Assembly (NCBI GenBank): GCA_963840855.1
Contig: CAWJBB010000046.1
Span: 64,001-128,000 of the forward strand
Length of the DNA: 64,000 bases
Source of the DNA: an uncultured delta proteobacterium
GTDB lineage: Bacteria; Desulfobacterota; Binatia; UBA9968
Direction of reading: 5' to 3'
Part shown: positions 1 through 11,570 of the stretch, in pieces
Numbering within the stretch: position 1 is the first letter of the stretch
Layout of the letters: every line of letters starts with the position of its first letter
The notes under the pieces: model-generated
What the model was told of the DNA's origin: nothing
Databases searched by the model: none
Seen by the model: the letters and a program-made list of their open reading frames with translations, nothing else
Program-made: the position numbers and the translations under genes

Positions 1-2
1 GA

Positions 3-581
3 TTTCTCGGCGGCTTCCTATTGACGCTGGCGAGCCAAGCCTGCCTCAGCTCGGGGCTCCATTTAATCAAAAACATGATCGTTAGCGGAAAAGCCAATGT
101 CGACGATTTCGTCAATGGCTTCACTGCTTATCTCTGGGATTTGCTGACGGTGGCATTCATCATATGGATTCCGATGAGGATAGCCGCCATGGCTCTCGGG
201 TCCGTCCCAAACGGCGGGCTAATATATTTTCTAATTCAGGTAGTGCTTTATGTTTTGCTCAATCCCGTGCCGGAATTAATCTATCAAACCCGCACCTCAG
301 GGCTGGAACTCCTGAGCGCGAGTTACAACTTCATCGTGGAAAACTGGCTCGAATGGCTGCTGCCCAATATCATCATCACCGCGGTGGGATTTCTTCTGCT
401 GCGCCTTCTTTACGCGTTAGTCTGGGTGTTGCCGGATTTTCTGCAATGGTTCGCCATCGCCTTCGGTTTAGGTTTATTTCTCACCTATTTTATGACCTTT
501 CGCGGTTTTTTGTTCGCCGAGCTGCATGGCACGACGCGGCGCAGCCGGGTGTATCGCCATGCGGCGCGCAGTTCTAAATAG
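3..581 (+). CDS. Integral membrane hypothetical protein, 5' end outside the window
   Basis: Frame is open from the window edge; several hydrophobic helices; stop at 579-581. Confidence 0.7.
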   Translation, partial: FLGGFLLTLASQACLSSGLHLIKNMIVSGKANVDDFVNGFTAYLWDLLTVAFIIWIPMRIAAMALGSVPNGGLIYFLIQVVLYVLLNPVPELIYQTRTSGLELLSASYNFIVENWLEWLLPNIIITAVGFLLLRLLYALVWVLPDFLQWFAIAFGLGLFLTYFMTFRGFLFAELHGTTRRSRVYRHAARSSK

Positions 582-732
582 CAGGCTGTTGAAACGATCT
601 ATCGAAGTGATTGAGCAGCAAAGAGAAAGGGTGGAAGATGGCAATCTTCGATCCTCTATCACGGCCTGGCTGGTCGTCTTGACCTATATAGGTTCTTATG
701 GTGTCTTATTTTGATAACCACGAGTCGAATCC

Positions 733-1998
733 ATGAAAATCACCGGCATCAAAGGCTTCTCGGATGTCTTTCCCGAGGAGGTGGAGTTCTGGCAGCTTGC
801 CGAGGCCGAGGCGCGGCGGGTCTTAAGTGTCTATAATTTCGCCGAGATCCGCATTCCGATTCTCGAAAAGACCGAACTATTCAGCCGCTCCATCGGTGAG
901 ACCACCGACATCGTCGAGAAGGAGATGTATACTTTCGCCGACCACGACGATAACGACGCTCTGCTCACGCTGCGGCCGGAAGGAACCGCCGGGGTCGTGC
1001 GCGCCTACGTCGAATCGGAAATGTATAAATTTGAACCGGTGCGCAAGCTTTACTACATGGGCCCGATGTTTCGGCGCGAGCGCCCGCAGAAGGGGAGACT
1101 GCGCCAGTTTCACCAGATCGGCGCCGAGGCCTTGGGGCGAGGCGACCCGTTCATCGACGCCGAAATCCTGCTGTTGCTCCATGATTATCTCGAGGCTCTG
1201 CAGTTGACTGAGCCCTCGCTCCAACTCAATTCCCTCGGCTGCGCCGACTGCCGCCCCGCGTACCGCGCGCGCTTGTTGGAATTTCTCCGGCAACGGGCGG
1301 CAAGTCTCTGCGCCAATTGCCAGCGACGCATCGAGCGCAATCCGCTGCGCGCGCTGGATTGCAAGGAGGCGGGCTGCATCGCCGCGACGGCGGACGCGCC
1401 GTCGATCATCGATGGACTATGTGCGGCCTGCCGTGAGCATTTCGACGTGGTGCAGCGCCTGCTGCGCGAAACCGGCGTGGCTTACAGCCTCAATCCGCGC
1501 ATGGTGCGGGGCCTCGACTACTATTGCCGCACGACTTTCGAGTGGACGAGCACCCAGCTGGGATCGCAGAGCGCGGTGGCCGCCGGCGGGCGCTACGACG
1601 GTTTGGTCGAGGCGTTAGGCGGACCGGCGATTCCCGGCGTTGGTTTTGCGTTGGGCGTTGAGCGGCTAGTGCTTTTGCTGCGCGCGTCGGAGCCGCGTGA
1701 AGCCACCGGCCCCGGGCTGTTTATCGCTTGGGTCGGCGCCAATGGGCGCGAGTGGGCTTTCCCGTTGGCGCATCGGTTGCGCCAAAGGGGGTTGAGCGTG
1801 GAGTTGGAAGGCGAAGCGCGCAGCTTGAAAAGTCAAATGCGCCGCGCCGACAAACTCAAAGCGCGTTCCGTGTTGATCGTGGGTGACGACGAATTGCAAA
1901 AAGGAAAAGTTATCCTGCGCGACATGGCGAGCAAGCAGCAGGAGGAAATCAGTTTGGCGAACGTCGAGACAGCATTCTTAGCGAAGAAGGTGGGCTGA
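733..1998 (+). CDS. hisS: Histidine--tRNA ligase
   Basis: Motifs [37 protein letters not shown], plus the C-terminal anticodon-binding domain. Confidence 0.98.
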   Translation: MKITGIKGFSDVFPEEVEFWQLAEAEARRVLSVYNFAEIRIPILEKTELFSRSIGETTDIVEKEMYTFADHDDNDALLTLRPEGTAGVVRAYVESEMYKFEPVRKLYYMGPMFRRERPQKGRLRQFHQIGAEALGRGDPFIDAEILLLLHDYLEALQLTEPSLQLNSLGCADCRPAYRARLLEFLRQRAASLCANCQRRIERNPLRALDCKEAGCIAATADAPSIIDGLCAACREHFDVVQRLLRETGVAYSLNPRMVRGLDYYCRTTFEWTSTQLGSQSAVAAGGRYDGLVEALGGPAIPGVGFALGVERLVLLLRASEPREATGPGLFIAWVGANGREWAFPLAHRLRQRGLSVELEGEARSLKSQMRRADKLKARSVLIVGDDELQKGKVILRDMASKQQEEISLANVETAFLAKKVG

Positions 1999-3812
1999 TG
2001 GCGACGGAGAGGATCTTTAGCGATCCGTTGGGCGATTGGAAGCGCAGCTTCTACTGCGGCGAACCGCGCGCCGCCGGCGTGGGGAGCGAGCTGGTTCTCG
2101 CCGGCTGGGTTCACTCGCGGCGCGACCATGGGGGGGTTATATTCGTCGACCTGAGAGACCGAACCGGCCTCTGCCAGGTGGTATTCAACCCGGAAGTAGA
2201 CGCGAGCTCCCACGAAAAGGCCAAACAGATCCGCTCCGAAGACGTGATCGCGGTGCGCGGGACGCTTGCGCATCGGACCGTGGAAACGGTGAACCCGAAT
2301 CTCGCCACCGGCGACGTGGAACTAATCGCCGGCGAGCTAAGGCTCCTCAACGCCTCGCAGGTGCCTCCCTTTACCATCGACAATGAGACCGAAGCCAACG
2401 AAAATACCCGGCTCAAGTATCGCTACCTCGATCTTCGCCGTCCTCGCAGCTTGAATCATCTCTTGTTGCGCTATCGCATGACCAAGTTGATCCGCGATTA
2501 TCTCGACGGCAAAGGCTTCATCGATGTGGAGACCCCGGTGTTGACCAAGAGCACGCCGGAAGGGGCGCGCGACTATCTTGTGCCTAGCCGTATTTATCAA
2601 GGGAAGTTTTACGCCCTGCCGCAGTCGCCGCAGTTATTCAAGCAGGTTCTCATGGTCGGCGGCCTGGATCGCTATTTCCAGATCGTCAAGTGTTTCCGCG
2701 ACGAAGATTTACGCGCCGACCGCCAGCCCGAGTTTACCCAGCTGGATATGGAGATGTCCTTCGTGCAACCGGAGGACGTGATGGAAGTCGTTGAAGGGAT
2801 GATTTCGTTGCTCTTCAAAGAGCTGAAGGGCATCGAGTTGAAGCAGCCTTTCCCGCGCATGACCTGGCAAGAGGCAATGGGACGCTTCGGCTCGGACAAG
2901 CCGGACATCCGCTTCGGTCTCGAATTAGTGGATTTTACGAACGCCTTGCGCAATTGCAAGGCGAAGGTTTTCGCGGCGGCCATCGAAAAGGGCGGCGGCG
3001 TCAAAGGCATCCGCATACCCGGCGGCGGAGATCTGTCGCGCAAGGATTTGGATGACATGACGCCGTACGTTGCTACTTTCGGCGCCAAGGGAATCGCCTG
3101 GACCAGGCTCACCGCCGAGGGTTGGCAGTCGCCCATGGCCAAGTTCCTGTCGGAATCCGAACAGAAGGAAATAGAAACAATCGCCGGCGCCACGGTAGGC
3201 GACGTCATACTTTTTTCCGCCGACACCTTCAAGATCGTCAACGACGCCCTCGGCAACCTGCGCTTGCATCTGGGCGAGAAGCTCGGCCTGATTCCGGAAA
3301 ACGAATTTGCGCTGGTCTGGGTGGTCGACTTTCCGCTAATGGAATTCGATGCGCAAGAGAAGCGTTACGTCGCGCTGCACCACCCATTTACCGCGCCGCT
3401 TGACGAAGATTTGTCATTGCTCGATAGCGATGCCGCCAAAACCCGCTCCAAAGCCTACGACCTCGCGCTCAACGGCACGGAGATCGGCGGCGGCAGCGTC
3501 CGTATTCACCAGGCGGAGCTGCAGAAAAAAATTCTCGGCCTGATGGGTATCGGCGCGGAGGAGGCGGAAGCCAAGTTCGGCTTCTTCCTCGAAGCCTTGA
3601 GTTTCGGCGCACCGCCCCACGGCGGCATCGCTTTCGGCATCGACCGTTTAGCTATGCTTTTGAGCGGCGCCAAGTCGTTGCGCGATGTCATCGCGTTTCC
3701 AAAAAGCCAGCGCGCCGTGTGCATGCTTACCGACGCGCCGTCTTCGGTGGATGTGAAGCAGCTGCGCGAGCTTGGCATCCGAGCCATCGCGGCGGACCCG
3801 CAAGCAAAATAA
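1998..3812 (+). CDS. aspS: Aspartate--tRNA ligase
   Basis: [59 protein letters not shown]; TGATG overlap with hisS. Confidence 0.98.
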   Translation: MATERIFSDPLGDWKRSFYCGEPRAAGVGSELVLAGWVHSRRDHGGVIFVDLRDRTGLCQVVFNPEVDASSHEKAKQIRSEDVIAVRGTLAHRTVETVNPNLATGDVELIAGELRLLNASQVPPFTIDNETEANENTRLKYRYLDLRRPRSLNHLLLRYRMTKLIRDYLDGKGFIDVETPVLTKSTPEGARDYLVPSRIYQGKFYALPQSPQLFKQVLMVGGLDRYFQIVKCFRDEDLRADRQPEFTQLDMEMSFVQPEDVMEVVEGMISLLFKELKGIELKQPFPRMTWQEAMGRFGSDKPDIRFGLELVDFTNALRNCKAKVFAAAIEKGGGVKGIRIPGGGDLSRKDLDDMTPYVATFGAKGIAWTRLTAEGWQSPMAKFLSESEQKEIETIAGATVGDVILFSADTFKIVNDALGNLRLHLGEKLGLIPENEFALVWVVDFPLMEFDAQEKRYVALHHPFTAPLDEDLSLLDSDAAKTRSKAYDLALNGTEIGGGSVRIHQAELQKKILGLMGIGAEEAEAKFGFFLEALSFGAPPHGGIAFGIDRLAMLLSGAKSLRDVIAFPKSQRAVCMLTDAPSSVDVKQLRELGIRAIAADPQAK

Positions 3813-3911
3813 GATCGACAGAGATTGAACCGCAAAGCAAAATTTGGAAATTGAAATGTGAATTTTTCTAACTTAGTTCCTTCGTGGCGGGAAACTGTCT
3901 CATCGTAGAAT

Positions 3912-4580
3912 ATGAAACTAATGATGTCGGCTCTAGCCCTTTTTCCGTTCGTGGCCGCCTGCGGTCTTTCGTCGGGAAACATTCAAAGCAAACAAACCAC
4001 CGACCTGGAGGCGCGCCATATCAGGCGCATCGCCGTGGTTGCGCCAGTAGCGCCGCCAGCCGCGGCGCAGGCCAAGAACCCATTGCTCGGTGAACCGGCT
4101 GAGAAAAAAACTGAGCGCCAGGATCCGGGAGAAGTGCTTATGCGGCTGGTTCACTCGGCGATGGCTGCCACGCCGACATGGCAGATCGTATCGGACAGCG
4201 AGGTAAGGGAAGTCAGCGAAAGCGTCGCGCCGAGCAACGACATGGCTCGTCTTAGAAAGATCGGAGAACTGGTTTATGCCGATGCCGTGCTCACTGGACG
4301 GGTGCTGCGTTACCGTGAAAGGGTGGGAAGCGAGCTCGGTGTCAAAAGCCCGGCATCGGTGGCATTCACTCTCGATTTGATAGACGTGCAGCGCGGCGAC
4401 GTTATCTGGTCCGCGCGATTTGACGAAACTCAGAAAGGGTTGACCGAAAACATCTTGTCGCTGGGCGACATCCGCGAGCGCGGGATTAGATGGTTGACGG
4501 CCGAACAGCTGGCGCAAGATGGCGTAAGAAAAATGGTCAACCAACTGCACCAGGTCATCGGCCGCAGTTCCGCGTCGTAG
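3912..4580 (+). CDS. Putative lipoprotein (LpoB/CsgG/GNA1162-like fold)
   Basis: Lipobox VAAC; 'RRIAVV...ADAVLTGRV...DVIWS' pattern typical of this fold. Confidence 0.65.
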   Translation: MKLMMSALALFPFVAACGLSSGNIQSKQTTDLEARHIRRIAVVAPVAPPAAAQAKNPLLGEPAEKKTERQDPGEVLMRLVHSAMAATPTWQIVSDSEVREVSESVAPSNDMARLRKIGELVYADAVLTGRVLRYRERVGSELGVKSPASVAFTLDLIDVQRGDVIWSARFDETQKGLTENILSLGDIRERGIRWLTAEQLAQDGVRKMVNQLHQVIGRSSAS

Positions 4581-4596
4581 TGAACCGATTGGGAGG

Positions 4597-4672
4597 CGTT
4601 CAAATCGTTCAAGCCGTGGAAACAATCCGGCCAACGATTTGAACGGCTTGAACGATTTGAACTTTTTGAACG
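4597..4672. repeat. Palindromic intergenic repeat built from 9-nt CGTTCAAnn units
   Basis: GTTCAAATCGTTCAAGCCGT (4598-4617) is the exact reverse complement of 4643-4662; lies between convergent genes. Confidence 0.85.
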
Positions 4673-4689
4673 TTGTAACTGGCGTGCCT

Positions 4690-5280
4690 TCACCGCAGCG
4701 CAGCGGCGTTTTCCAGCGACAGGCCGAGCCGTGGTGCAATTTTCTCACCCAACTCCTTAAGTCTCCGCGCGCTGCCGCGGTCGACCAGCACCGAAGCGCC
4801 TCCTTTCAGGCATAACCGCAACGAAGGCACGGGAAAACTTTGTGCCGCCGAGGAGCCCGCCACGGCGAAGCCGCTGTAAACTTGGTCCGATCCCAGCTTG
4901 ACGTTCTCGATGTCGTCGTAGGACAACGTCAGCGAAATGGTTTTGTGAAATTTTCGCTTTGTGAGCGTCACGACATGCGCCGCACTATCGATCACGATCC
5001 TGCGCCGCTGAGCGAGCAGATAGAATGCGACGCAAATCAGCACGAGGTTCATCAATGGAAAATACCAGAGCGATGCGACGCGGCTGGCGAAGCCGTTCAG
5101 GTAAATCGCCTGCACGATGGGAATTGAAACAAATAGCAGCATCAAGGCGATTCCCAGGCAGAGAAACGCCGGGAAGCGCGGCCCCTGCCACAGAAGGCAA
5201 AGCCTCTCGGCGGAATCCTCCACGACACGAAAACCAATGCGGTTGCCGATGGCTTCGAATTCAGCGGGGTTGCCATCCAT
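4690..5280 (-). CDS. Membrane-anchored hypothetical protein (two TM helices plus possible PH-like domain)
   Basis: 196-aa ORF directly downstream of cofH with two hydrophobic segments. Confidence 0.65.
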   Translation of the reverse strand: MDGNPAEFEAIGNRIGFRVVEDSAERLCLLWQGPRFPAFLCLGIALMLLFVSIPIVQAIYLNGFASRVASLWYFPLMNLVLICVAFYLLAQRRRIVIDSAAHVVTLTKRKFHKTISLTLSYDDIENVKLGSDQVYSGFAVAGSSAAQSFPVPSLRLCLKGGASVLVDRGSARRLKELGEKIAPRLGLSLENAAALR

Positions 5281-5306
5281 CGTTTGGCAGGGAGCTTGCC
5301 GTGATG

Positions 5307-6602
5307 TTACGAATTGCGGGCCTTTTGCTCACGATAAAAGTCTCTGAATCGGTAGTCTTTACGTTGAACCAGATTCCGGTAGGATCCGAAGCGTTCGCCT
5401 GCGTTATCCACTTCGTCCAAGAGATCGATGGCGCGATCGTCGGTTTCGAAGACTTTGACCTTCTGGTAAGTTGTTGAACGCTCGGCGGGGATGCGGCCCA
5501 TTTCACGGATCAAATTTCGGAACTGCGACGGTTTCATGAGCTGGCCGTAGCCGGCGCCGGCGGCGGTGGAAATGCTTTCATTGATCAGCGTACCGCCGAA
5601 ATCATTGGCCCCTGCCATGAGCGCGATCTGCGAGAGTTTCGGCCCTTCTTTGACCCAGGAAACTTGCAGGTTGGGAATCCAGTTGTTCAGCATCAGGCGC
5701 GACACCGCGTACATTTTCATCACTTCCGCGCCGCTGGCGCCAGTGCGCAGGCCGGCGATTTTTCCACGGTGATACATCGGCGCCTCTTCGTAGACGAAGC
5801 TCAGCGGCACGAATTCCGTGATGCCGCCGGTGCGTTTTTGAATGTCGCGCAATATACTTAGATGAGTCGCCTTATGGCGCGCCGTCTCAATATGGCCGTA
5901 CATGATCGTCGAAGTTGTCTGGATGCCGACATCGTGGGCCGTCTGGATGAGGTCGATCCACTGGCCGCTTGAAATGCGCCCGGGAGAAATCTGTTGGCGG
6001 ACTTCATCGACGAGAACTTCCGCGGAGGTGCCGGGCAGACTGCCAACGCCGGCATCTTTGAGAGCCGAGAGATAGTCGCGCACGGAAGCGCCGGTGAGCG
6101 TCGATCCATACAGAACTTCCTCGGGTGAAAAGCCATGGATATGCAGAGCGGGCGCGGCGTCCTTCAGCGCGCGGCAAAGATTCACGTAGTGCCAGCCATC
6201 CAAGCCGGGCGCCAGGCCGGCCTGCACGCATACTTCGGTGGCGCCAAGCTCCTGCGCCTCTTTGGCCCGCCGGATGATTTCATCGAAGGGCAGAAAGTAG
6301 CCTTCCTCCGCCAAGTGGCCGCGGCTGAAAGCGCAAAAGCCGCAGGCCTTGACGCAGACGTTGGTGAAATTGATATTGCGATTGATGACATAGGTGACGA
6401 CATCGCCCACGGTCTGGGCGCGCAGATGATCCGCCGCCGCGATCATGGCGAGAAGGTCGGAACCTTCGGCTTCGAAGAGCTCGGTGGCGTCGTCACTGCT
6501 GATATCCTGCCCCGATAAGGCGCGGTCCAAAATCTTTGCCGTGCCTTGGGAAACGGTGGAAAGCAACCGGTCGAGGGACGATGCAAGATGCGGCAAATTC
6601 AT
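5307..6602 (-). CDS. cofH: CofH-family radical SAM protein (FO/F420 synthase subunit 2)
   Basis: NRNINFTNVCVKACGFCAF (CxxxCxxC), PGTSAEVL, TIMYGHIE, QVSWVK, ANDFGGTLINESI; the QxSWVK and GGTLxNESI motifs favour CofH over MqnC. Confidence 0.85.
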   Translation of the reverse strand: MNLPHLASSLDRLLSTVSQGTAKILDRALSGQDISSDDATELFEAEGSDLLAMIAAADHLRAQTVGDVVTYVINRNINFTNVCVKACGFCAFSRGHLAEEGYFLPFDEIIRRAKEAQELGATEVCVQAGLAPGLDGWHYVNLCRALKDAAPALHIHGFSPEEVLYGSTLTGASVRDYLSALKDAGVGSLPGTSAEVLVDEVRQQISPGRISSGQWIDLIQTAHDVGIQTTSTIMYGHIETARHKATHLSILRDIQKRTGGITEFVPLSFVYEEAPMYHRGKIAGLRTGASGAEVMKMYAVSRLMLNNWIPNLQVSWVKEGPKLSQIALMAGANDFGGTLINESISTAAGAGYGQLMKPSQFRNLIREMGRIPAERSTTYQKVKVFETDDRAIDLLDEVDNAGERFGSYRNLVQRKDYRFRDFYREQKARNS

Positions 6603-6738
6603 GGCCGGACTCTATCGTTTCATGTCGTCAAACTCAACAATGCGACTAGAAACAAGAAATCGCGCGAGGCGATTATGGTTGGGGATTTGCTGCAAACGCG
6701 AGACCCGAGACTCTAGACCCGGAACGCGTGAGCGCCTG

Positions 6739-7269
6739 CTAGCGCACCCAATAGCGGACGTATTCGGTGAGAAAACTGAGAGTCGAGAAATCGCCCATGC
6801 GGTCAAGGTAAACCTTGCCGTTGAGATGATCGAACTCATGCTGGATCACCCGCGCGTGAAAATCATTGGCCACGAAGTCAATTGACTTGCCGCTGCGGTC
6901 CCACGCTTCGACGCGGATGCTTTTGTAGCGCGGCACCCGGCCGCGTAGGTCGGGAACGCTCAAGCAGCCTTCCCAATCTTCTTCCATCTCTTCGGTAAGC
7001 GGCGTGATTTTAGGATTCACGAGCACGGTCAAGGGCACATCGGGCTTGTTCGGGTAGCGCGGATTGCCCGCCACTTCGAGAACCGCGATCTGCATCGATT
7101 CATGAACCTGGTCGGCGGCCAACCCGACACCGTCGTATTCCTTCATCGTTACGATCATGTCGTCGATGAACTGCTGCACGCTTTGGGACTGCAACTCCCG
7201 CGACGTCACCGCTTCCGTAACCTGGCGCAACACCGGATGTCCAAGCCGAGCCACTTTGAGGATCGACAT
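6739..7269 (-). CDS. def: Peptide deformylase
   Basis: GVGLAADQ, EGCLS and QHEFDHLNG motifs; true start taken at MSILKVARLGHP (ATG 7269). Confidence 0.95.
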   Translation of the reverse strand: MSILKVARLGHPVLRQVTEAVTSRELQSQSVQQFIDDMIVTMKEYDGVGLAADQVHESMQIAVLEVAGNPRYPNKPDVPLTVLVNPKITPLTEEMEEDWEGCLSVPDLRGRVPRYKSIRVEAWDRSGKSIDFVANDFHARVIQHEFDHLNGKVYLDRMGDFSTLSFLTEYVRYWVR

Positions 7270-7324
7270 GTTCACATTTTTACCATAGCGGTGATTTCCG
7301 CGAAAGGGAGCACGCGGGAGAACG

Positions 7325-7364
7325 GGTTCAAATCGTTCCAGTCGTTCAAACCGTTCAAGACGTT
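7325..7364. repeat. Tandem 9-nt CGTTCAAnn repeat, same family as 4597-4672
   Basis: GTTCAAAT-CGTTCCAGT-CGTTCAAAC-CGTTCAAGA-CGTTT. Confidence 0.8.
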
Positions 7365-7582
7365 TAGCCCCCAATGACATTTCAAGTCCAACAAGTCTTG
7401 AAACTTTAATTGTGGTATTATCATAGGTCTTGATTGACAAGTCGTTGCACGAGCCAGTAGTTTTGGCGTTAGATTGCCGTAATTTATTGGCCGATATACG
7501 CAACATCATTAATTCAAGATACCGGCCCACACCCATGCCCATTCGAGGGTCGGCGCGGCCGATGTGATCGCGATCTAAGCTT

Positions 7583-8374
7583 ATGACGGCTACTACGCAT
7601 AGCGGCATGCTTCGATACTTGAAGCGACGGTCCAGAAGGATCGCCCGGTTCCAATGGAATAGAGCTATGGTCTGGTTCTCGATTTTTGCCGTCGGCGGCT
7701 TCTTCTTGCTCAACGGGATCTATCAGGTTATTCGGAAGCCCGGCGAGCTCTTCGCCCCCGTTAGCGCTTCGTTCTCAAAGAGCCCCGAGTTTACATGGCA
7801 GAGTTATAGATTACTCTTTGAGGAGCATTCCACGAGCATTATTTCAGCTGAGTTTCTTGCCGCCCTCGCCCAAGTGGAAAGTGATGGAAACCCAATCGCC
7901 CGTACCTACTGGCGCTGGCAGTGGTCTTGGAACCCTTTCGAAATTTATCGCCCGGCCTCCAGCGCGCTCGGCATGTTCCAATTCACCGACGGAACCTTCG
8001 CTGAGGCTCGAAAATACTGCATCCGGGATCATAAGGTCGCCGCCGATGGGCCGTGGTATGACGTTCATTCCTGCTGGTTCAATAACTTCTACACCCGAAC
8101 CATACCGAGCCACGCAACCGAAATGACCGCCGCGTACCTGCACCAGAGCGTGGTCGAGCTGCTGGATGCTCGCCCCGTCGCAAGGATCAGCGTGGACCAA
8201 AAGCAAAAACTGGCTGCCGTGATTCATCTTTGCGGAGCGAAGAGGGGAGAGACATTTGTCAGACGCGGCTTTCGGTTAACCCCGGGCGAGCGCTGCGGGA
8301 CTCACAGCCTGCATGGTTATCTCATTAAGATTGACCTGATGAAAAAACGCTTTGGACGATTGCGAGTGGCTTAG
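7583..8374 (+). CDS. Lytic transglycosylase (SLT)-like membrane-anchored protein
   Basis: N-terminal TM helix; ALAQVESDGNP (catalytic Glu) and SALGMFQFT motifs. Confidence 0.8.
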   Translation: MTATTHSGMLRYLKRRSRRIARFQWNRAMVWFSIFAVGGFFLLNGIYQVIRKPGELFAPVSASFSKSPEFTWQSYRLLFEEHSTSIISAEFLAALAQVESDGNPIARTYWRWQWSWNPFEIYRPASSALGMFQFTDGTFAEARKYCIRDHKVAADGPWYDVHSCWFNNFYTRTIPSHATEMTAAYLHQSVVELLDARPVARISVDQKQKLAAVIHLCGAKRGETFVRRGFRLTPGERCGTHSLHGYLIKIDLMKKRFGRLRVA

Positions 8375-8474
8375 CGTTCACTTTGGATCATGATAGTAGT
8401 TCATCCGGAAACGCCGATACGGTGGCTGCCCCGCCTTTACTACAATAACGTTTTATCAATATACTTGCCCTATC

Positions 8475-11400
8475 ATGTCATCCTACCTCCCGCTTTGGTG
8501 CAAGAGTAATTTTTCTTTCCTTGAAGGCGCGAGCCATCCCGACGAATTGGTGGAAGAAGCCTACCGGCTTGGATTGCCGGCGCTTGCGCTCACGGACAGG
8601 GACGGCGTTTACGGCGTCGTGCGCGCGCATGTCAAGGCGCGAGAGATCGGCTCGAAGCTCATCATCGGCTCGGAGCTCACGGTGGCGGATAACTCCACCA
8701 TCGTTCTGCTCGCTCAGGACCGCAATGGTTACGCCAACCTATGCCGCGTGATTACCAAAGGAAGGTTGCGCTCGGAAAAAGGGGAGAGCGTCGTCGGTTG
8801 GGAGGAAATCTGTTCGCATGCGCCGGGTATGATCGCGCTGTGGGGCGGGGATCAGAGCTTGCTGGTGAGCGAGGGCGAACCGGATGTCGCCGCCCGCGCT
8901 CTGCGCGACGCTTTCGGCGACCGCCTCTATGGCATGATCGCGCGGCACCTGCGTGAAGAGGAAGTCCACCAAGAAGCGCGCCTGCGGGAGCGGGCAAAGC
9001 GCTACGGACTTTCACTGATCGCCGCCAACGAAGTTCTCTATCACACGCCGGGGCGCCGCCCGCTGCAAGACGTGCTCACGGCGGTTCGCCATGGGATTCC
9101 CGTCACTTCATGCGGGCGTAAGCTCAAGCCCAACGCGGAGCATTCCCTGAAGTCCCAATATCTTTTCGCCAGGCTTTTCGCCGACGACCCCGGCGCAGTG
9201 GCCCGCACGCAGGACGTGGCCGATCGCTGTTCATTTACTCTCGATGAAATCCGCTATCGTTATCCTTCAGAGACTTTGCCGGACGGCACAACATCGGCTG
9301 AGCGGCTGCGCCGGATAGTTTTCGACGGCGCGCGCGGGCGTTACGGCGGCGCGATACCTCCGGAAGTGGTTCAGCAGCTGGAGAAAGAGTTGGAAGTTAT
9401 CGAGGCGCTCGATTATCCGGGCTACTTTCTCACCATGTGGGAGATTGTCGATTTCTGCCGCGAGCATGACATTCTCTGCCAGGGGCGCGGCTCGGCGGCG
9501 AATTCCGCAGTTTGTTACTGCCTTGGAGTCACTGCCATCGACCCGGTGCTCATGGGACTTCTCTTCGAGCGCTTTATCTCGAAAGAGCGCGCGGAGCCGC
9601 CGGACATCGACCTAGACATTCAGCATGACCGGCGTGAAGAAGTCATTCAATATATCTATGGGAAGTACGGTCGCGAGCGCGCGGCCATGGCCGCCAACGT
9701 CGTGCGCTATCGCGCCCGCTCAGCGCTGCGCGACGTGGGCAAAGCCCTGGGACACTCCGAAACTTCACTGGACCGGGTGGCGAAATTTCTTTCCTCCTAC
9801 GAGCAGGTGCAGCCTGAGACGTTACGAAAACTGGGCCTGGAGCCGGCCAGCGAATCAAACCAGCGGTTGATTCAACTGACCAACGAAATCCTCGATTTTC
9901 CACGCCACCTGTCGATTCACCCCGGCGGTTTTCTATTGGGGCATGAGCCGGTGCACGACATCGTACCTATCGAGAATGCCACCATGGCCGAGCGCACGGT
10001 GATCCAGTGGGACAAAAACGATCTGGAAGAGATCGGCCTGTTTAAAGTTGATTTGCTCGGCTTGGGAGGACTTACGCAACTCGATCTTTGTTTCAAGCTC
10101 CTGCGAGAGCACCGCGGCGTCGAATTAAGCATGGCGACGATCCCGCCGAATGATGCCGCGACCTACGACATGATTTGCCAGAGCGACACGGTGGGTGTGT
10201 TTCAGATAGAAAGCCGCGCGCAGATGGCGATGCTGCCCAGGCTGCGGCCAAAAAATTTTTACGACCTGGTGATCGAAATCAGCATCGTGCGGCCGGGGCC
10301 GATCACCGGCGGTATGGTCCATCCTTATTTGCGCCGCCGCCAGAATAAAGAGGCGGTGGAGTCTCCCCATCCGAGCCTAGATCCAGTGCTGGAAAAGACC
10401 CTCGGCGTGCCGCTCTTCCAAGAGCAGGTAATGCGCCTTGCCATGGTTGCCGCGGATTACACCCCCGGGGAAGCGGACCAGCTCAGGCGCGACATGGCCG
10501 CATGGCATCGCACGGGGAGAATGGAGCGCCATCGCGAGCGCTTGATCACACGCATGCGCGCAAAGGGCATCGCGCCCGAGTTCGCCGAACGGGTCTTCGA
10601 GCAGATACGCGGCTTCGGCGAGTATGGTTTTCCCGAAAGCCATGCGGCGAGTTTCGCCTTGATCGCCTACGCGACGGCGTGGCTCAAGTGTCACTACCCG
10701 GCCGAGTTCGCCTGCGCGCTACTCAACGCTCAACCCATGGGATTTTACGCGCCGGCCACCATCGTTGAGGACGCCAAGCGCCACGGCGTTGTCGTTCTTC
10801 CCGTCGATCTGCAACACAGCGATTGGCACTGTGCGATGGAAAGCCCCACGAAAAGCGCCGGCGGCTTCGCCGTGCGTATGGGACTTCGCTACGTGAAGGG
10901 CGTCGGGGAAGGGGACTGGGAGATCATTTTCCGAGCGCGCCGGACCGCGCCGTTTGCTTCCCTCGATGATTTTGCCCGCCGTGCGCGGCTGCACGAAAAC
11001 GTCCTCGGCGTGCTCGCCGAAGCGGGGGCTTTCGACAGCTTCGGCGTTGACCGGCGCAACGCGCTCTGGGAGCTGCGCCGGCTCGCGCACGCGCGTGGCG
11101 AATCCTTGCCGCTCGCGGCGCGGCAGCAAAGTCCAGACTTCGATCTCTTGACCCCATTCGAAGAAGTCGGCTGGGATTATCGCACGTCGTCGCATAGCGC
11201 GCGGCGCCACCCCCTGGAGCCTTTGCGCGCCGCGCTGGACGCTCAAGGCCTTCCGGACGCGCGTGCCGTTGCGCAAATGGCCAACGGCGGGAAAGTCAAT
11301 TATGCGGGGCTGGTGATCTGCCGCCAGCGCCCCGGCACGGCCGGCGGCGTGGTCTTTATGACCTTGGAGGATGAATCCGGTTTCGTTAACGTCGTGATCT

Positions 11401-11570
11401 GGGAGAGCGTGTTTCAGCGCTACGCGGTGCTCGCCAAAACCGTAAGCTTCCTGGGAATCACCGGCACGCTGCAAGTGGAAGACAACGTTGTTCATCTCGT
11501 GGCGGAACGGCTTTGGAAACCGCAACTAAGCTTGCGGCCCTCAGCGCCGGCGAGCCGCGACTTTCATTGA
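8475..11570 (+). CDS. dnaE2: Error-prone DNA polymerase III alpha (DnaE2/ImuC)
   Basis: PHP domain ([12 protein letters not shown]), [36 protein letters not shown], diagnostic C-terminal SRDFH. Confidence 0.97.
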   Translation: MSSYLPLWCKSNFSFLEGASHPDELVEEAYRLGLPALALTDRDGVYGVVRAHVKAREIGSKLIIGSELTVADNSTIVLLAQDRNGYANLCRVITKGRLRSEKGESVVGWEEICSHAPGMIALWGGDQSLLVSEGEPDVAARALRDAFGDRLYGMIARHLREEEVHQEARLRERAKRYGLSLIAANEVLYHTPGRRPLQDVLTAVRHGIPVTSCGRKLKPNAEHSLKSQYLFARLFADDPGAVARTQDVADRCSFTLDEIRYRYPSETLPDGTTSAERLRRIVFDGARGRYGGAIPPEVVQQLEKELEVIEALDYPGYFLTMWEIVDFCREHDILCQGRGSAANSAVCYCLGVTAIDPVLMGLLFERFISKERAEPPDIDLDIQHDRREEVIQYIYGKYGRERAAMAANVVRYRARSALRDVGKALGHSETSLDRVAKFLSSYEQVQPETLRKLGLEPASESNQRLIQLTNEILDFPRHLSIHPGGFLLGHEPVHDIVPIENATMAERTVIQWDKNDLEEIGLFKVDLLGLGGLTQLDLCFKLLREHRGVELSMATIPPNDAATYDMICQSDTVGVFQIESRAQMAMLPRLRPKNFYDLVIEISIVRPGPITGGMVHPYLRRRQNKEAVESPHPSLDPVLEKTLGVPLFQEQVMRLAMVAADYTPGEADQLRRDMAAWHRTGRMERHRERLITRMRAKGIAPEFAERVFEQIRGFGEYGFPESHAASFALIAYATAWLKCHYPAEFACALLNAQPMGFYAPATIVEDAKRHGVVVLPVDLQHSDWHCAMESPTKSAGGFAVRMGLRYVKGVGEGDWEIIFRARRTAPFASLDDFARRARLHENVLGVLAEAGAFDSFGVDRRNALWELRRLAHARGESLPLAARQQSPDFDLLTPFEEVGWDYRTSSHSARRHPLEPLRAALDAQGLPDARAVAQMANGGKVNYAGLVICRQRPGTAGGVVFMTLEDESGFVNVVIWESVFQRYAVLAKTVSFLGITGTLQVEDNVVHLVAERLWKPQLSLRPSAPASRDFH

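Noticed and set aside
4597-4672. CRISPR array
   Set aside because: 9-nt units with no spacers, and no cas genes in the window.
7270-7713. N-terminal extension of def in the 324-aa ORF call
   Set aside because: It runs through the 9-nt repeat and overlaps the divergent gene; homology starts at MSILKVARLG.
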